The notes under the pieces were generated by a model. The model was not told where the DNA came from, did no database searches, and worked only from the letters and a program-made list of their open reading frames with translations. Below are positions 38,530 through 48,267 of a stretch of 64,000 nucleotides of DNA, one piece after another; position 1 is the stretch's first letter, and every line of letters begins with the position of its first letter. Origin of the DNA: a virus; the IMG/VR virus record IMGVR_UViG_3300025810_000004, positions 64,001-128,000 of that record; one strand, given 5' to 3'. A program made the position numbers and the translations under genes.

Positions 38530-39081
38530 ATGGCAAACAAACTTATAGCTGGCCAGAAGCCGTTCACCGTTATAGCCCCCATCAAGAAGGGCGGAAGCGA
38601 CCCCTCCAAGGGCAGAAACGGCGTCATATCCCGCACTTCCTACAGGTCCCAGACCTTCATCGAAGTGGCTCCCCGTCGGGGCACCAATAGTGTGACCAAC
38701 AACCCCGGTGGAACCCCCGGCATGGGGGCGAGGCAGGGTCTGGCCACAGCCACGGCTGCTCCTGTCCGAGCCACCGGAACGGTGACTTTGACTCCCGGTG
38801 ACGTGGACGGAACCACCACTTTGCAGCTGGGTCCCCACATCCTCACGTTTGGTGTGGAGTTCAACTCTGCCGCCACCCTGGCGACAGCTGTGGAAGCCTT
38901 GATTGGCTTCTCCGCCACCGAAGCGGCGGGTACAGTTACGATATCCGGTCCCTATGGTCCGGAAGGAAACGAGACTGTGTTCAAGGTTTCTGGGTACTCC
39001 CCAGGAGCTTTCACCCTCACCCCCAATGATGGTTCTTTGCAGGGTGCAGAACCCTATATAGGACCCGCCGAAATAGTGTAG
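38530..39081 (+). CDS. putative structural protein
   Basis: GGAGG RBS, promoter motif 38491-38505, Thr/Gly-rich. Confidence 0.65.
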   Translation: MANKLIAGQKPFTVIAPIKKGGSDPSKGRNGVISRTSYRSQTFIEVAPRRGTNSVTNNPGGTPGMGARQGLATATAAPVRATGTVTLTPGDVDGTTTLQLGPHILTFGVEFNSAATLATAVEALIGFSATEAAGTVTISGPYGPEGNETVFKVSGYSPGAFTLTPNDGSLQGAEPYIGPAEIV

Positions 39082-39088
39082 GTGTCGA

Positions 39089-39757
39089 ATGTCCTTACAG
39101 ACCAAATCTGACAGATTGGGGATACTGAAGAATCTCCCTCCTGGCACCAGGAGGGTCAAGGTGAAAGACATAACTGGCAAGGAGATGTACAAGAAGCCAG
39201 AAGAGGTGGACGTAGAAAACGACCTCATACAGTTCTCCAAATCCGGCGACGTCATAGTCATGAAGGGCAAGCCCGGAGGCCAGAACAAACTGCCCCCGGT
39301 CAACGCCAACGCCGCAGCCGTCTCCCAGGCTAGGGACTTGCACATAAGCTACAACAAGGTCGTGCACTCGGCTCGCAAAAACCCAGAGGGCGATGCGGTA
39401 TACGAAGCCATAATGAAGTCCATGGCCGCAGACGTGGCCTCTCTCGAATTCGAGATAGAGGAACAGGTTCGGAAGGGACTCAACCCCACCCAGACCGTGG
39501 CCAAGAAGTCCAGAGTCCTCAAGTCTATGGCAGACGCCTGGTTGGCCCGCAAGAAGATCTCTCGGGACTCGACTGTCGATATGGAGTCCGATCAGTTCGG
39601 CGCTTTGTTCTCCCTTATCCTTTCCACCATGAAGGACTGCATGGTGGACGCCGGGACCCGCAAGGAGCACATAGAGACGATCTTCAACAAGTTCTCGGAC
39701 ACCATCTCCAAGCCAGCTTGGCAGTCAGAGGCAAAGAAACTCTCCGAGGGTAGCTGA
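39089..39757 (+). CDS. hypothetical protein, candidate terminase small subunit
   Basis: Helical 222 aa directly upstream of terL; positional inference only. Confidence 0.45.
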   Translation: MSLQTKSDRLGILKNLPPGTRRVKVKDITGKEMYKKPEEVDVENDLIQFSKSGDVIVMKGKPGGQNKLPPVNANAAAVSQARDLHISYNKVVHSARKNPEGDAVYEAIMKSMAADVASLEFEIEEQVRKGLNPTQTVAKKSRVLKSMADAWLARKKISRDSTVDMESDQFGALFSLILSTMKDCMVDAGTRKEHIETIFNKFSDTISKPAWQSEAKKLSEGS

Positions 39758-39759
39758 AT

Positions 39760-41670
39760 ATGCGGCTGTCCGATATAGCGGCGAATGTGGGTCGAACTGT
39801 CTCGGACTCTGACGACGTTGTAGACCCCATCACCTATATCGAGGCTCCTTGGGGTCTGAGTCTCCGCCTTTTCCCTGTGCAGAGGGTCATAATCAAGGCC
39901 CATTATGGGATGGAGCTGGACGACAACCCCCACGATTACCCCCTCGACCAGCCCGTCCCCCCCAACCATCCCGAATACGACCCCGTTCTCATGGACGAAG
40001 ACGGGTTCTACAAGTTCAGGATAGTGGTGACAAACTTCAGGAGGAAAAACCCTCAGTTCATGACTGAAGCTGGGTACCTGAAGTTCCTCCACAGCGAGGG
40101 CAGGTGCAACATAGACAAAGTCGTTCCCGGAAAGCAACGTCGGGAAATGGTACTGAGTGTCGGAAGGCGTAGTGGCAAGACCCTGATCACGTCCTGTATC
40201 GTAGCCTACGAGACCTACAAGCTGCTACTCAAGGGCAACCCACAGAAATACTACGGGTCCTCTCAGTCCAACGTGATCCAGCTGATCTCCGTCGCAACCG
40301 ACCGGGACCAAGCGGGTCTGCTGTACCGCGAAGCCTCCGGGCACTTCCAGAAGTGCGACTTCTTCAAGCCCTATGCGGCCAACGCAACCCAGAGCTTCGC
40401 CACCTTCCAGACCCCGTTCGACATCGAGAACTACGGGTCCTACAGGGACAACCCCAAGGCCCGGTACTCGATAAACGTGACGTTCCGTTCCTGCGTTGCA
40501 AAGGGACTCCGTGGTGGTGCCAACATTCTGGTCGCTCTGGACGAGGTTGCCCACTTCGGGGAGAAGGGGCAGGCGTCAGCCGACGAGGTGTACCAAGCTG
40601 TTGAGCCGAGTACTCGTACCTTCTCCCCCAAGGACCCCAACAACCAAACCCGCCCCATAGGGGAAAACGAAGGCCGGATCATCATGATCTCGTCACCGTT
40701 GGGGCGTCAGGGCCTTTTCTACAAGCAGTACCAACTCGGATTTGGGGACAACGAGGCAGCGGACAACCTTATCTGCATTCAGGCCCCGACCTGGGAGGTC
40801 AACCCCACCGTTCCAGCCAACACCTTCGTCGCTTCCTACCTGAAAGACCCCAACGTCTTCTTCACCGAGTTCGGTGCCGTATTCAGTGACAGAACGAGGG
40901 GCTGGATAACCAGCGAGAAGGACCTCACCGACTGCATCGACCCGGATTTGCGTCCGAGGCACAGGGCACCAGCTCTTGCGCCCCACTTCATGGGAATCGA
41001 CGTCGCTCTTGCGGGTGACTATTCTGCCATAGCAATAGGTCACAACACACCTGACGGCAAGATAGTCCTGGACCTCGTTGAGAGGATAAAAGCCGGGGAG
41101 GGCGACTACGAGGGGTACGACAGGCTGGAATTCGACGACGTTGCTGACTGGATCTTCAATTTCACGAAACGGTTCTACATAGTCCACGGGGTGTTCGACC
41201 AATGGCTCGGAATCCCCATGGAGCAGGCGCTGAAGAAGCGGGGGCTCACCAACCTCGAATCCCTGTACCACTCTCGTCAGGTCAGCAGCAACATATACCA
41301 GAATTTCAAGTCCCTCATGATGGACCAGAGGCTGGTGATGTACAACTGGCCCCTGACTGACGGCGAAGACTTCGCACCCCACATACAGGAATTGCTGGAA
41401 CTGGAGCAGGAAGTCGTCAGCAAATACATCGTTAAGGTCCAGGCCCCCAACATCGAAGGCAAGCACGACGATATGTCTGATGCTATAGCCCGTATGGTGT
41501 GGTGTGCCTCTCAGGATTCTACGCAGGTCAAGAAGGTCACCGGGTCCCGCAACAGCAAAGGCAAACCTGTGCGTTCAGGTGTGGGGAACAAAACCCCGAC
41601 GTTCGGCAGGAGCGCCAAGAAGTCGGGGAGGAGCGGATTCGGGAGCCACTCCTCGCGCCAGAAACGTTAG
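39760..41670 (+). CDS. terL: terminase large subunit
   Basis: Walker A GRRSGKT, Walker B VALDEVAH, coupling ISSP, nuclease MGIDVA...HDDMSDA. Confidence 0.93.
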   Translation: MRLSDIAANVGRTVSDSDDVVDPITYIEAPWGLSLRLFPVQRVIIKAHYGMELDDNPHDYPLDQPVPPNHPEYDPVLMDEDGFYKFRIVVTNFRRKNPQFMTEAGYLKFLHSEGRCNIDKVVPGKQRREMVLSVGRRSGKTLITSCIVAYETYKLLLKGNPQKYYGSSQSNVIQLISVATDRDQAGLLYREASGHFQKCDFFKPYAANATQSFATFQTPFDIENYGSYRDNPKARYSINVTFRSCVAKGLRGGANILVALDEVAHFGEKGQASADEVYQAVEPSTRTFSPKDPNNQTRPIGENEGRIIMISSPLGRQGLFYKQYQLGFGDNEAADNLICIQAPTWEVNPTVPANTFVASYLKDPNVFFTEFGAVFSDRTRGWITSEKDLTDCIDPDLRPRHRAPALAPHFMGIDVALAGDYSAIAIGHNTPDGKIVLDLVERIKAGEGDYEGYDRLEFDDVADWIFNFTKRFYIVHGVFDQWLGIPMEQALKKRGLTNLESLYHSRQVSSNIYQNFKSLMMDQRLVMYNWPLTDGEDFAPHIQELLELEQEVVSKYIVKVQAPNIEGKHDDMSDAIARMVWCASQDSTQVKKVTGSRNSKGKPVRSGVGNKTPTFGRSAKKSGRSGFGSHSSRQKR

Positions 41671-41704
41671 CGTTATTATAAACCCCAGCGTTATTATAAA
41701 CCCC
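41669..41704. repeat. 18-bp perfect tandem duplication overlapping a promoter motif
   Basis: agcgttattataaacccc x2. Confidence 0.9.
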
Positions 41705-41722
41705 GTTAACGGAGGAACTGCC

Positions 41723-42295
41723 GTGGCGTACACCCAAAATTCGAGTATGGACGACGCTGGTGACGTGGAACTTATGTTCCCCGGTGACAGATTTCCGGTC
41801 GTCGTAGGACCCAACCTCAGGACCAGCGGTTGGAGGGGTGGCACATTCGTCCAATACGTCACGGGCGATCAGGACTTCACCGTTGAAGTGAGTGACGGCA
41901 ACCAGGCAGCTGGTTTCCTCCTCTTCCAGAGTGAAAACTATGAGCTTATCCCCCCGTATGGGAACGGTCCCGGCTCTCCCCAGAATTTCTTGGGCCAGCA
42001 GAACCGCAGCCCCGTGGGAGGCAACAACGTTATGACCGTGGTGGAAGGAGGGGTCCGTGCCTTCTTCAAGGTCTTTGAGACGGTCGCTCTGGACGGGGCC
42101 GGGGACAGGGTCGGGGGGTCCATAACCTACACCCTCAACGAAGACCTGAAAATCAGCGAGAACGGACTCCTCTGCAACGACTCGGACGCCAACCTCGCCG
42201 CAGCTGGGGTTTCGAGTCCACAGGTTGTAGGTATAGTGTCCGCGATACCCTCTTCTTCCAACAACAACCGACTCTGCATAGACCTCAAGTATTAG
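41723..42295 (+). CDS. putative head-associated structural protein
   Basis: GTG after GGAGG; lies between terL and portal. Confidence 0.6.
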   Translation: MAYTQNSSMDDAGDVELMFPGDRFPVVVGPNLRTSGWRGGTFVQYVTGDQDFTVEVSDGNQAAGFLLFQSENYELIPPYGNGPGSPQNFLGQQNRSPVGGNNVMTVVEGGVRAFFKVFETVALDGAGDRVGGSITYTLNEDLKISENGLLCNDSDANLAAAGVSSPQVVGIVSAIPSSSNNNRLCIDLKY

Positions 42296-42304
42296 GACCG
42301 GGAA

Positions 42305-42604
42305 TTGGACAAAAAGGCGCGAGAGATAGAGAACCTCAACTCCCGGATAAAAGAACTGGCTCGTACGGCTTCTTCCAATCTGGAGGAAGCTCTGCGTATT
42401 GTCCGAAATTCCCCGGCTTCCAGGTTGGAAAAGAGGATAGCCCAGAGAAGGCTGGCAGAGGCTCTCGATGCGCTCCAGGGAGTGAAGGGCATAGTGACCA
42501 CACCCGAAAGGGAGACACACGAGGAGTGGAAGGAGAGGCGTGAAGAGCGAAAGAAGAGACGTTCTGAGCGGCTCAAAGGCATGAAGGAGCAGGCTGATGT
42601 CTGA
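42305..42604 (+). CDS. hypothetical protein
   Basis: Charged helical ORF overlapping the portal start. Confidence 0.55.
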   Translation: MDKKAREIENLNSRIKELARTASSNLEEALRIVRNSPASRLEKRIAQRRLAEALDALQGVKGIVTTPERETHEEWKERREERKKRRSERLKGMKEQADV

Positions 42605-44303
42605 CAACAACGAGGGCAAGTCCGTCAAGAAGGTCAGAAACGGCGACGGCAAGAAGAAGGCCAAGACCGGGAAGCCCCGCAAAGTCACCGCTTCCATGAT
42701 GCGAACCAGGACCGCCTCGTACGGTGGTATGAGCGCCGGGAACGGCGGGTCAGTAGAGGGGGCGGGGGGCAACTTCTACTCCCCGGAACTCAGCACGGAC
42801 TTTCTGGAGCTTCCTCAGTCTCTCCACGAGCAGTGGAATTACTACAGGTTCTTCTACAACTCCGAGCCGTTCGTCGGTCAGGCTGTGGACCTCCACACGG
42901 AGTTGCCAATCAGCAAGGTCCGGATCGGTATGGCCCACGCCAAGAACCGGGACATAGCTGTTGCCGCAACCAAGTTCTGTGAGAGGTGGGCGAAGAATAT
43001 CAAGCTCCTCGACAGGCTGATCTCCATCACACACGACCGGAACCTCATAGGTGAGGTCAACATATGGTGTGAAGACGCCAACCCGGATATGCCCAGGGAC
43101 ATACGCCAGCAGCTCCAGCGCACTCTGCTCGAATCCGGAGAAGCGGAAGAAAAGTGGGTGGACAGAGAGGACGCCGACGAGAGGGCCGTTGCTTGGCTCA
43201 AGAAGAACTACAAGGGGTGGACCAGCATCCGGGTTCTTCCTCCAGAGCAGGTCAAGATGGAGTCGTTCAACTTCACGGACGAACGCATATTCGAGCTTAT
43301 CCCCGACTCCAAGACTCGGGACATCATAGACAAATACCAGCAGGGGGACCCCAACGCGAAGCGTATCGTGGAGTCCATGCCACCTGAGGTGGTCAAAGCC
43401 GTCGTTGAGGGCGGGAACATCCCGCTCAACACGGACCCGATGGCTGGGTCTTTCATCTACTATCTGGCAAACAAGAAGTCAGACTATGAGCCCCGTGGCC
43501 GTTCCATCCTTGAGAGGTGTATGAGGGCGCTCGTATACCGGGACAAGCTGCGTCAGGCACAGACCAGCATCGCCTCCCGCCACATGACCCCGATCCGTGT
43601 CGTGTTCGGTGAGGATATGGACGTGGCAGACGTGGAGGCTCTGCGAGAGCAGGTGGACAACGCGCTGCAGGACCCGGATTACAGCATCATCGCGAACTTC
43701 CAGATCAACTGGGAGGAAATGGGTGCAGACCAGAGACTGTTGGACCTGAGTGGTGAATACGACCTCACCGACCGGCAGTTGTACTCTGGTCTGGGAGTCA
43801 CAGAAGGGTTGCTGTCTGGGGAGTCCAGCTATTCGGGCGACCGGATCAATCTGGAAGTTATCAACACTCGGTATATGCTCCTCCGGGAGCAGCTTCAGGA
43901 CTTGGTGGAGACCCAGTTCTTCAAGCCCATGTGCGCACGTATGGGCTTCGTAGAGGAGGACGACGACGGTGAAGAATACGTCGTCGTACCGACCCTGTCG
44001 TTCACCCGGCTTGCACTCCGTGACAATCGAGACACCTTCGACGCTCTATACAATCTGTATACAAAGGGTTCACTGGATGTGGACACCATTCTGGAGCTTC
44101 TCAACCTCGACCCCATAGCTGTCAGAGAGAGAATCGAGCGTGACCTGTTCACGGTCAATGACCCGACCTTCAACGAGGTTCTGCGAGGAGTCTACGGAGA
44201 TACTGGCCGAGCGATTGCGGAGAACTCGAACGCAGCCGAGAAGATCGCGGAAGTGCTGGGGCTGAAGATGAACCCACCGGAAGAAGATGGCGGCAGATAC
44301 TAA
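42597..44303 (+). CDS. portal protein
   Basis: 568 aa after terL; RFFY..EPFVGQAVDLHTELP, VLPPEQV, YEPRGRSIL.R, L..GLGV..GLLSGE. Confidence 0.8.
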   Translation: MSDNNEGKSVKKVRNGDGKKKAKTGKPRKVTASMMRTRTASYGGMSAGNGGSVEGAGGNFYSPELSTDFLELPQSLHEQWNYYRFFYNSEPFVGQAVDLHTELPISKVRIGMAHAKNRDIAVAATKFCERWAKNIKLLDRLISITHDRNLIGEVNIWCEDANPDMPRDIRQQLQRTLLESGEAEEKWVDREDADERAVAWLKKNYKGWTSIRVLPPEQVKMESFNFTDERIFELIPDSKTRDIIDKYQQGDPNAKRIVESMPPEVVKAVVEGGNIPLNTDPMAGSFIYYLANKKSDYEPRGRSILERCMRALVYRDKLRQAQTSIASRHMTPIRVVFGEDMDVADVEALREQVDNALQDPDYSIIANFQINWEEMGADQRLLDLSGEYDLTDRQLYSGLGVTEGLLSGESSYSGDRINLEVINTRYMLLREQLQDLVETQFFKPMCARMGFVEEDDDGEEYVVVPTLSFTRLALRDNRDTFDALYNLYTKGSLDVDTILELLNLDPIAVRERIERDLFTVNDPTFNEVLRGVYGDTGRAIAENSNAAEKIAEVLGLKMNPPEEDGGRY

Positions 44304-44520
44304 ACGCAGCCACGGGTCCGGATTCTGTGCCCGATGTGGTGGTATGGGAAAAGCCCAGATCTACAGGGGCGGTAGGATTATGTCTGTGTACTGCGACTGT
44401 CCCGCAGGGGACAGATTCGTGGCGCGTGTGTCCGAGGGGCGCGTGACAAAGCACAAGTTCCTTCGGGTTTCAGATTTCCCCACAAAATCGCGGTATTACG
44501 GTTTGGTTCCCAAGGATTAG
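44287..44520 (+). CDS. small Zn-finger protein
   Basis: CARCGGMG...YCDCPAG. Confidence 0.5.
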   Translation: MAADTKRSHGSGFCARCGGMGKAQIYRGGRIMSVYCDCPAGDRFVARVSEGRVTKHKFLRVSDFPTKSRYYGLVPKD

Positions 44521-44567
44521 TTTCCCTCCCCCTGTCGGTATTATACGGCTTCCACTCAGGAGAAAAA

Positions 44568-45029
44568 ATGGCAGTTGAAATCTGGAAAGCCAACGAAGAT
44601 ATCCACAAGCAGATGATGGCTCTGGTTGCCACCAATCATCCCGACTTAGCTCTATGCGTGGACGAGATCGTGATCGTCTTCCGCGAGAAGGCGGGAAAGG
44701 CTGGTGGTCAGGTCGTCCTCGGCAACTCCAAGAAGGTTGCGGCCATCGCCAATGCCATCGGGAACACCGACTATAAGTTCGTGCTCGAAATTGCCGCAGA
44801 CCAGTGGGAGAACGAACTGACCTCCCGACAGAAGGAAGCCCTTCTGGACCACCTCCTCTGTGCCTGCAGGGTGGACGAGGACCCCAAGTCTGGGAACATC
44901 AAGTACACCGTGGCGAAGCCCGACATCGCCGCGTACTCCGACAACGTGGAGCGGTACGGAATGTGGTTCCCGCGAGAGGAATCGGAAGCTGGGGAAGATG
45001 TGGCAGATTTGCTGCCTTCCGCGCAGTAG
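44568..45029 (+). CDS. phage metallopeptidase-like protein (degenerate HExxH)
   Basis: FVLEIAADQW..L...QKEALLDHLLCAC..KPDI..VERYG. Confidence 0.65.
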   Translation: MAVEIWKANEDIHKQMMALVATNHPDLALCVDEIVIVFREKAGKAGGQVVLGNSKKVAAIANAIGNTDYKFVLEIAADQWENELTSRQKEALLDHLLCACRVDEDPKSGNIKYTVAKPDIAAYSDNVERYGMWFPREESEAGEDVADLLPSAQ

Positions 45030-45035
45030 GCCCCC

Positions 45036-45716
45036 ATGGCATTCGACACGAAGTACAGGCCCAAGACCTACAAAGAGGTCTTGGGTCAGGACACCACTGT
45101 GTCCATACTCAAGAAATACGTTTCAGAAGGCAAGGGGTTCCACCAATCTTATGTCTTCTGCGGCCAGCACGGTTCGGGCAAGACCACTCTTGCCCGAATT
45201 CTGGCCCGTGCCCTTCTGTGTCACCAGCCCGTAGAAGGTGCTCCCTGTGACGAGTGCAACTCCTGCCTGTCCTTGCTGAATGGACAGGGGCATGAGTGCT
45301 TCGAAGAACTGGACGCCGCCACGAAGTCTGGGAAGGACGACCTCGCTCGGATTATCGAGGACGCCAACTACAGCACGTTGAGCGGTTCCCGGCGCGTCTA
45401 CGTTATAGACGAGTGTTTCACTGAGGACACCGTTCTACTGACCCGTGACGGGTTCCGGTCCATTCGAGACATAGTGGATTCCAAATTCGTTGGGGAGGTT
45501 CTGTCTTTCGATCCTGACACCGGTAGGGAAATTTGGAAGCCCATAACGGATTGGTTTGACCTCGGTGAACGCGAGGTCATTACTCTGGAATTCGATAACG
45601 GGGTCGAGATCACTGTCACCCTCGGTCAGGAGCTTTACACCTCCAACCGTGGCTGGGTGAAAGTAGAAGATCTGACAGACCAGGACGACGTGGTGGAATC
45701 TTCGTGGGGTCAATAA
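45036..45716 (+). CDS. dnaX: DNA polymerase III gamma/tau N-extein + N-intein
   Basis: KYRPKTY..V.GQ, GQHGSGKTT, PCDECNSC, ELDAA, VYVIDE then CFTEDT...HINT blocks, stop TAA. Confidence 0.92.
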   Translation: MAFDTKYRPKTYKEVLGQDTTVSILKKYVSEGKGFHQSYVFCGQHGSGKTTLARILARALLCHQPVEGAPCDECNSCLSLLNGQGHECFEELDAATKSGKDDLARIIEDANYSTLSGSRRVYVIDECFTEDTVLLTRDGFRSIRDIVDSKFVGEVLSFDPDTGREIWKPITDWFDLGEREVITLEFDNGVEITVTLGQELYTSNRGWVKVEDLTDQDDVVESSWGQ

Positions 45717-45720
45717 GTCT

Positions 45721-46020
45721 TTAGCTCTTGCTTATTGGTTCATGGATGACGGATCAATTGGTAGGAGGACCAAAAGTGGTGCACTGTTGAGTGCCTGTAT
45801 ACACACTTGTGGATTCGGGATTCCAGAGAACGAATTATTGGTAACATTCCTGAAAGAGAGATTCGGGTTGGAACCGATTTTAGCATTTTCCAAAGGTTAT
45901 CCTTACCTAAGGTTCAATGTAAAAAGCGCGCGAGCATTGGGGGAAATAATTACCCCATATTTGCACCCTTCTATGGCTTACAAAGGAAACTGCTTTGGCT
46001 CGACTGACGAACAAATCTGA
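45721..46020 (+). pseudogene. LAGLIDADG homing-endonuclease remnant (single domain)
   Basis: LALAYWFMDDGS...GF...E..LL..L.ERFGL...I.PYLHPSMAYK; AT-richer; out of frame with both intein halves. Confidence 0.8.
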
Positions 46021-47122
46021 ACCTTTTCGCGCTCCAGTATATGATGTGACCGTGGAGGGGACACATTCTTTTTTTGCTGGTTCAGGCCCCACCCCCAACA
46101 GAGGTGTGCTGGTCCACAACTGCCACCGACTCTCCAAGAACGCACTGGACGTCCTGCTCAAGCCCATGGAGGACAATGTTCCTGGGTCTGAGAACAAGAG
46201 GCTCGTCATTCTGTTCTGCACCACGGAACCAGACAAGATGGTCGGGACCGTGTTCTCCAGATGCGCACCTGCTTTCACCATCAGACCCACATCGTTTGAG
46301 GAGATCTCGGATAGGTTGGCCTCCATCTGTGTGCTGGAGGGTATCAAATACGAGCCGACTGCCCTTCTGACCTTGGCTGAGATCAGCAAGAGTCACATCC
46401 GCGATGCCTTGAAGACCCTGGAGGGGGTCTCGGTCGTCAGCAACAGGGTCGTGGACGACAAGGCAGTCAGCTCGTATTTCAAATTCGATACCAACGAAGT
46501 CATCCTGAGTCTGTTGAAGGAGATACTCCTGGACAACAAACCAGAATGCTTCGAGTTGGCCGAGTCCGTGTCCCGTGACCTTGGCCCAAAGGTTTCGTAC
46601 GAGAGGCTTTCGGAAGCCTCGATGCTGGCCTATAGGTCGAGTCTGGGAATTCCGCCGAAGCGGACGTCTTGGGATCTCCAGAAACTCAGGGAGATCGGCG
46701 TGAACCACCAACAGGCTCTGTTGGAGGTCGCCAAGCACTTCGCCGCACCTCCAAACAGGTCTTCTGGTTCTTCCTTTGTATTGGACTGCGTGGGTTTCAC
46801 CCCCCACGTCAATACTGCCCCGACACCTCGAAGAGACACCAGCGAAAATAAGGGAGAAAAGGGGGAAGACAAGACCCCCGAAAAACTGGTAGACTACGAG
46901 AAGAGCAAGCAGGTGTCCCACCCTTCTGTTAATTCAGGTGGGGTGTATATCGAGCCCAAAGCAGTCAAGAAAATCGAAGATGGGGCAGGCGGGTATGATA
47001 CCCTGACTGTTCCGGTCGTCAAGACTAAGTCTTTAGACAGAGCTACGTTTATTAAGCTGCTGCAGGTGCACCTCGGAGGGGTCAACATAAATGCCAAAAG
47101 GGGAGTCTTGGATAGTTCTTGA
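45995..47122 (+). CDS. dnaX: C-intein + DnaX C-extein
   Basis: VYDVTVEGTHSFFA...LVHN then CHRLSKNALDVLLKPMED, ILFCTTE, SRC, HIRDAL; AAGGA upstream of TTG. Confidence 0.9.
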   Translation: MARLTNKSEPFRAPVYDVTVEGTHSFFAGSGPTPNRGVLVHNCHRLSKNALDVLLKPMEDNVPGSENKRLVILFCTTEPDKMVGTVFSRCAPAFTIRPTSFEEISDRLASICVLEGIKYEPTALLTLAEISKSHIRDALKTLEGVSVVSNRVVDDKAVSSYFKFDTNEVILSLLKEILLDNKPECFELAESVSRDLGPKVSYERLSEASMLAYRSSLGIPPKRTSWDLQKLREIGVNHQQALLEVAKHFAAPPNRSSGSSFVLDCVGFTPHVNTAPTPRRDTSENKGEKGEDKTPEKLVDYEKSKQVSHPSVNSGGVYIEPKAVKKIEDGAGGYDTLTVPVVKTKSLDRATFIKLLQVHLGGVNINAKRGVLDSS

Positions 47123-47612
47123 ACTTTCTTTCCAAGGGGAAAGATTAGCCTCTTACGGCTCGCTTCTGGAATTTCTGTGCTCCATAGCTCACCTTGAAGA
47201 CGAAGAAGAAGACCTCATATTCATACCCTATGCGGTGTTGAATTCCAAGAATTCCAAACACGTCCTGAACGTCATGGAAGGGTACTGCTTCGTCCACGAG
47301 TCCATCCCCGAAGACGCTCTGGCAACCCTCATAAATAGCGAGTACATATCCGGAACAGTTTCCCAGGGCAGAAACACCTATGGCACCGTTGACGGCCAAG
47401 CCATAGCCGGAATAAAGAACAAACTGGGGGAAATGGTATCCTCCAAACTTGAGAAGGGACAGCCAGTCAGAGTCATTGGAGGTCCCTTCAAAGGTATAGT
47501 CGGGGTAATACAGATAAAGGGCTCCACCAGCTCTTGTGTGCACTTCTCTTTCAGGTCCATGGAGACCATGAGGGTCGTGTTCAACTACCTATTGGAGCCC
47601 TACGATGCCTAG
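47091..47612 (+). CDS. NusG-like transcription factor (NGN + KOW)
   Basis: W.VL, IFIP, MEGYCFV, KGQPVRVIGGPFKGIVG. Confidence 0.8.
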   Translation: MPKGESWIVLELSFQGERLASYGSLLEFLCSIAHLEDEEEDLIFIPYAVLNSKNSKHVLNVMEGYCFVHESIPEDALATLINSEYISGTVSQGRNTYGTVDGQAIAGIKNKLGEMVSSKLEKGQPVRVIGGPFKGIVGVIQIKGSTSSCVHFSFRSMETMRVVFNYLLEPYDA

Positions 47613-48222
47613 CAACTGGTATTCCCACGTCTTCATGGACCCCTCCGACATAGAGAAATTCTTCTCCTCCGACAGGGGGCTGCACGAGATATATGGGGAG
47701 ACCCCGGAAGACAAAGAAGAAGTCAACAACGAGCAGCTATCCCAAATCAGAAAAGTGCTGCACAGAATCCCCCCGAGGGAAGCCGACTTCGTGGAGTTGT
47801 ACTACTTCCACGAGGTGAAGCAGGCAGCGATAGCTGAGCTGTTTGGTGTCAGCCAGCCCACCATCTGCTACAGACTCCAGAGGGCTTCCAAGAGAATCAA
47901 GTACCTCATAGAGCTTCCAGAATACGAAGAAAAGAAACTGGCCAAATTCCTGAACATGGTCCTGTCCGACCCAGTGGACATAGAGATCATGAGGCTGATG
48001 CTATTGACCACCTGCCAGAGCGAAGTCGCAAGGTCCCTCAATGCCTCGCAGGGCTTCGTCAGGCACAGATTCTACAGGTCCCTGAAGAAGATCAAGGACT
48101 ATCCGGGTGCAGAATCCAAACTGTACCAGAAGGTGTTCACGCACCTATCCCAGAACCTGAACGTTCTGAAGAGTGACGACAAGCTCAAGAAGACCGAGCC
48201 CATGGTGTTCGTCCTGGGGTGA
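47605..48222 (+). CDS. sigma-70 region-4-like double-HTH protein
   Basis: IPPREADFVELYYF..KQAAIAELFGVSQPTI..RL.RA; second QSEVARSLNASQGFV. Confidence 0.75.
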   Translation: MPSNWYSHVFMDPSDIEKFFSSDRGLHEIYGETPEDKEEVNNEQLSQIRKVLHRIPPREADFVELYYFHEVKQAAIAELFGVSQPTICYRLQRASKRIKYLIELPEYEEKKLAKFLNMVLSDPVDIEIMRLMLLTTCQSEVARSLNASQGFVRHRFYRSLKKIKDYPGAESKLYQKVFTHLSQNLNVLKSDDKLKKTEPMVFVLG

Positions 48223-48267
48223 CGTTTGGTCTTTTATACGGACTGTCCGGTATAGGATAAACGAGGT

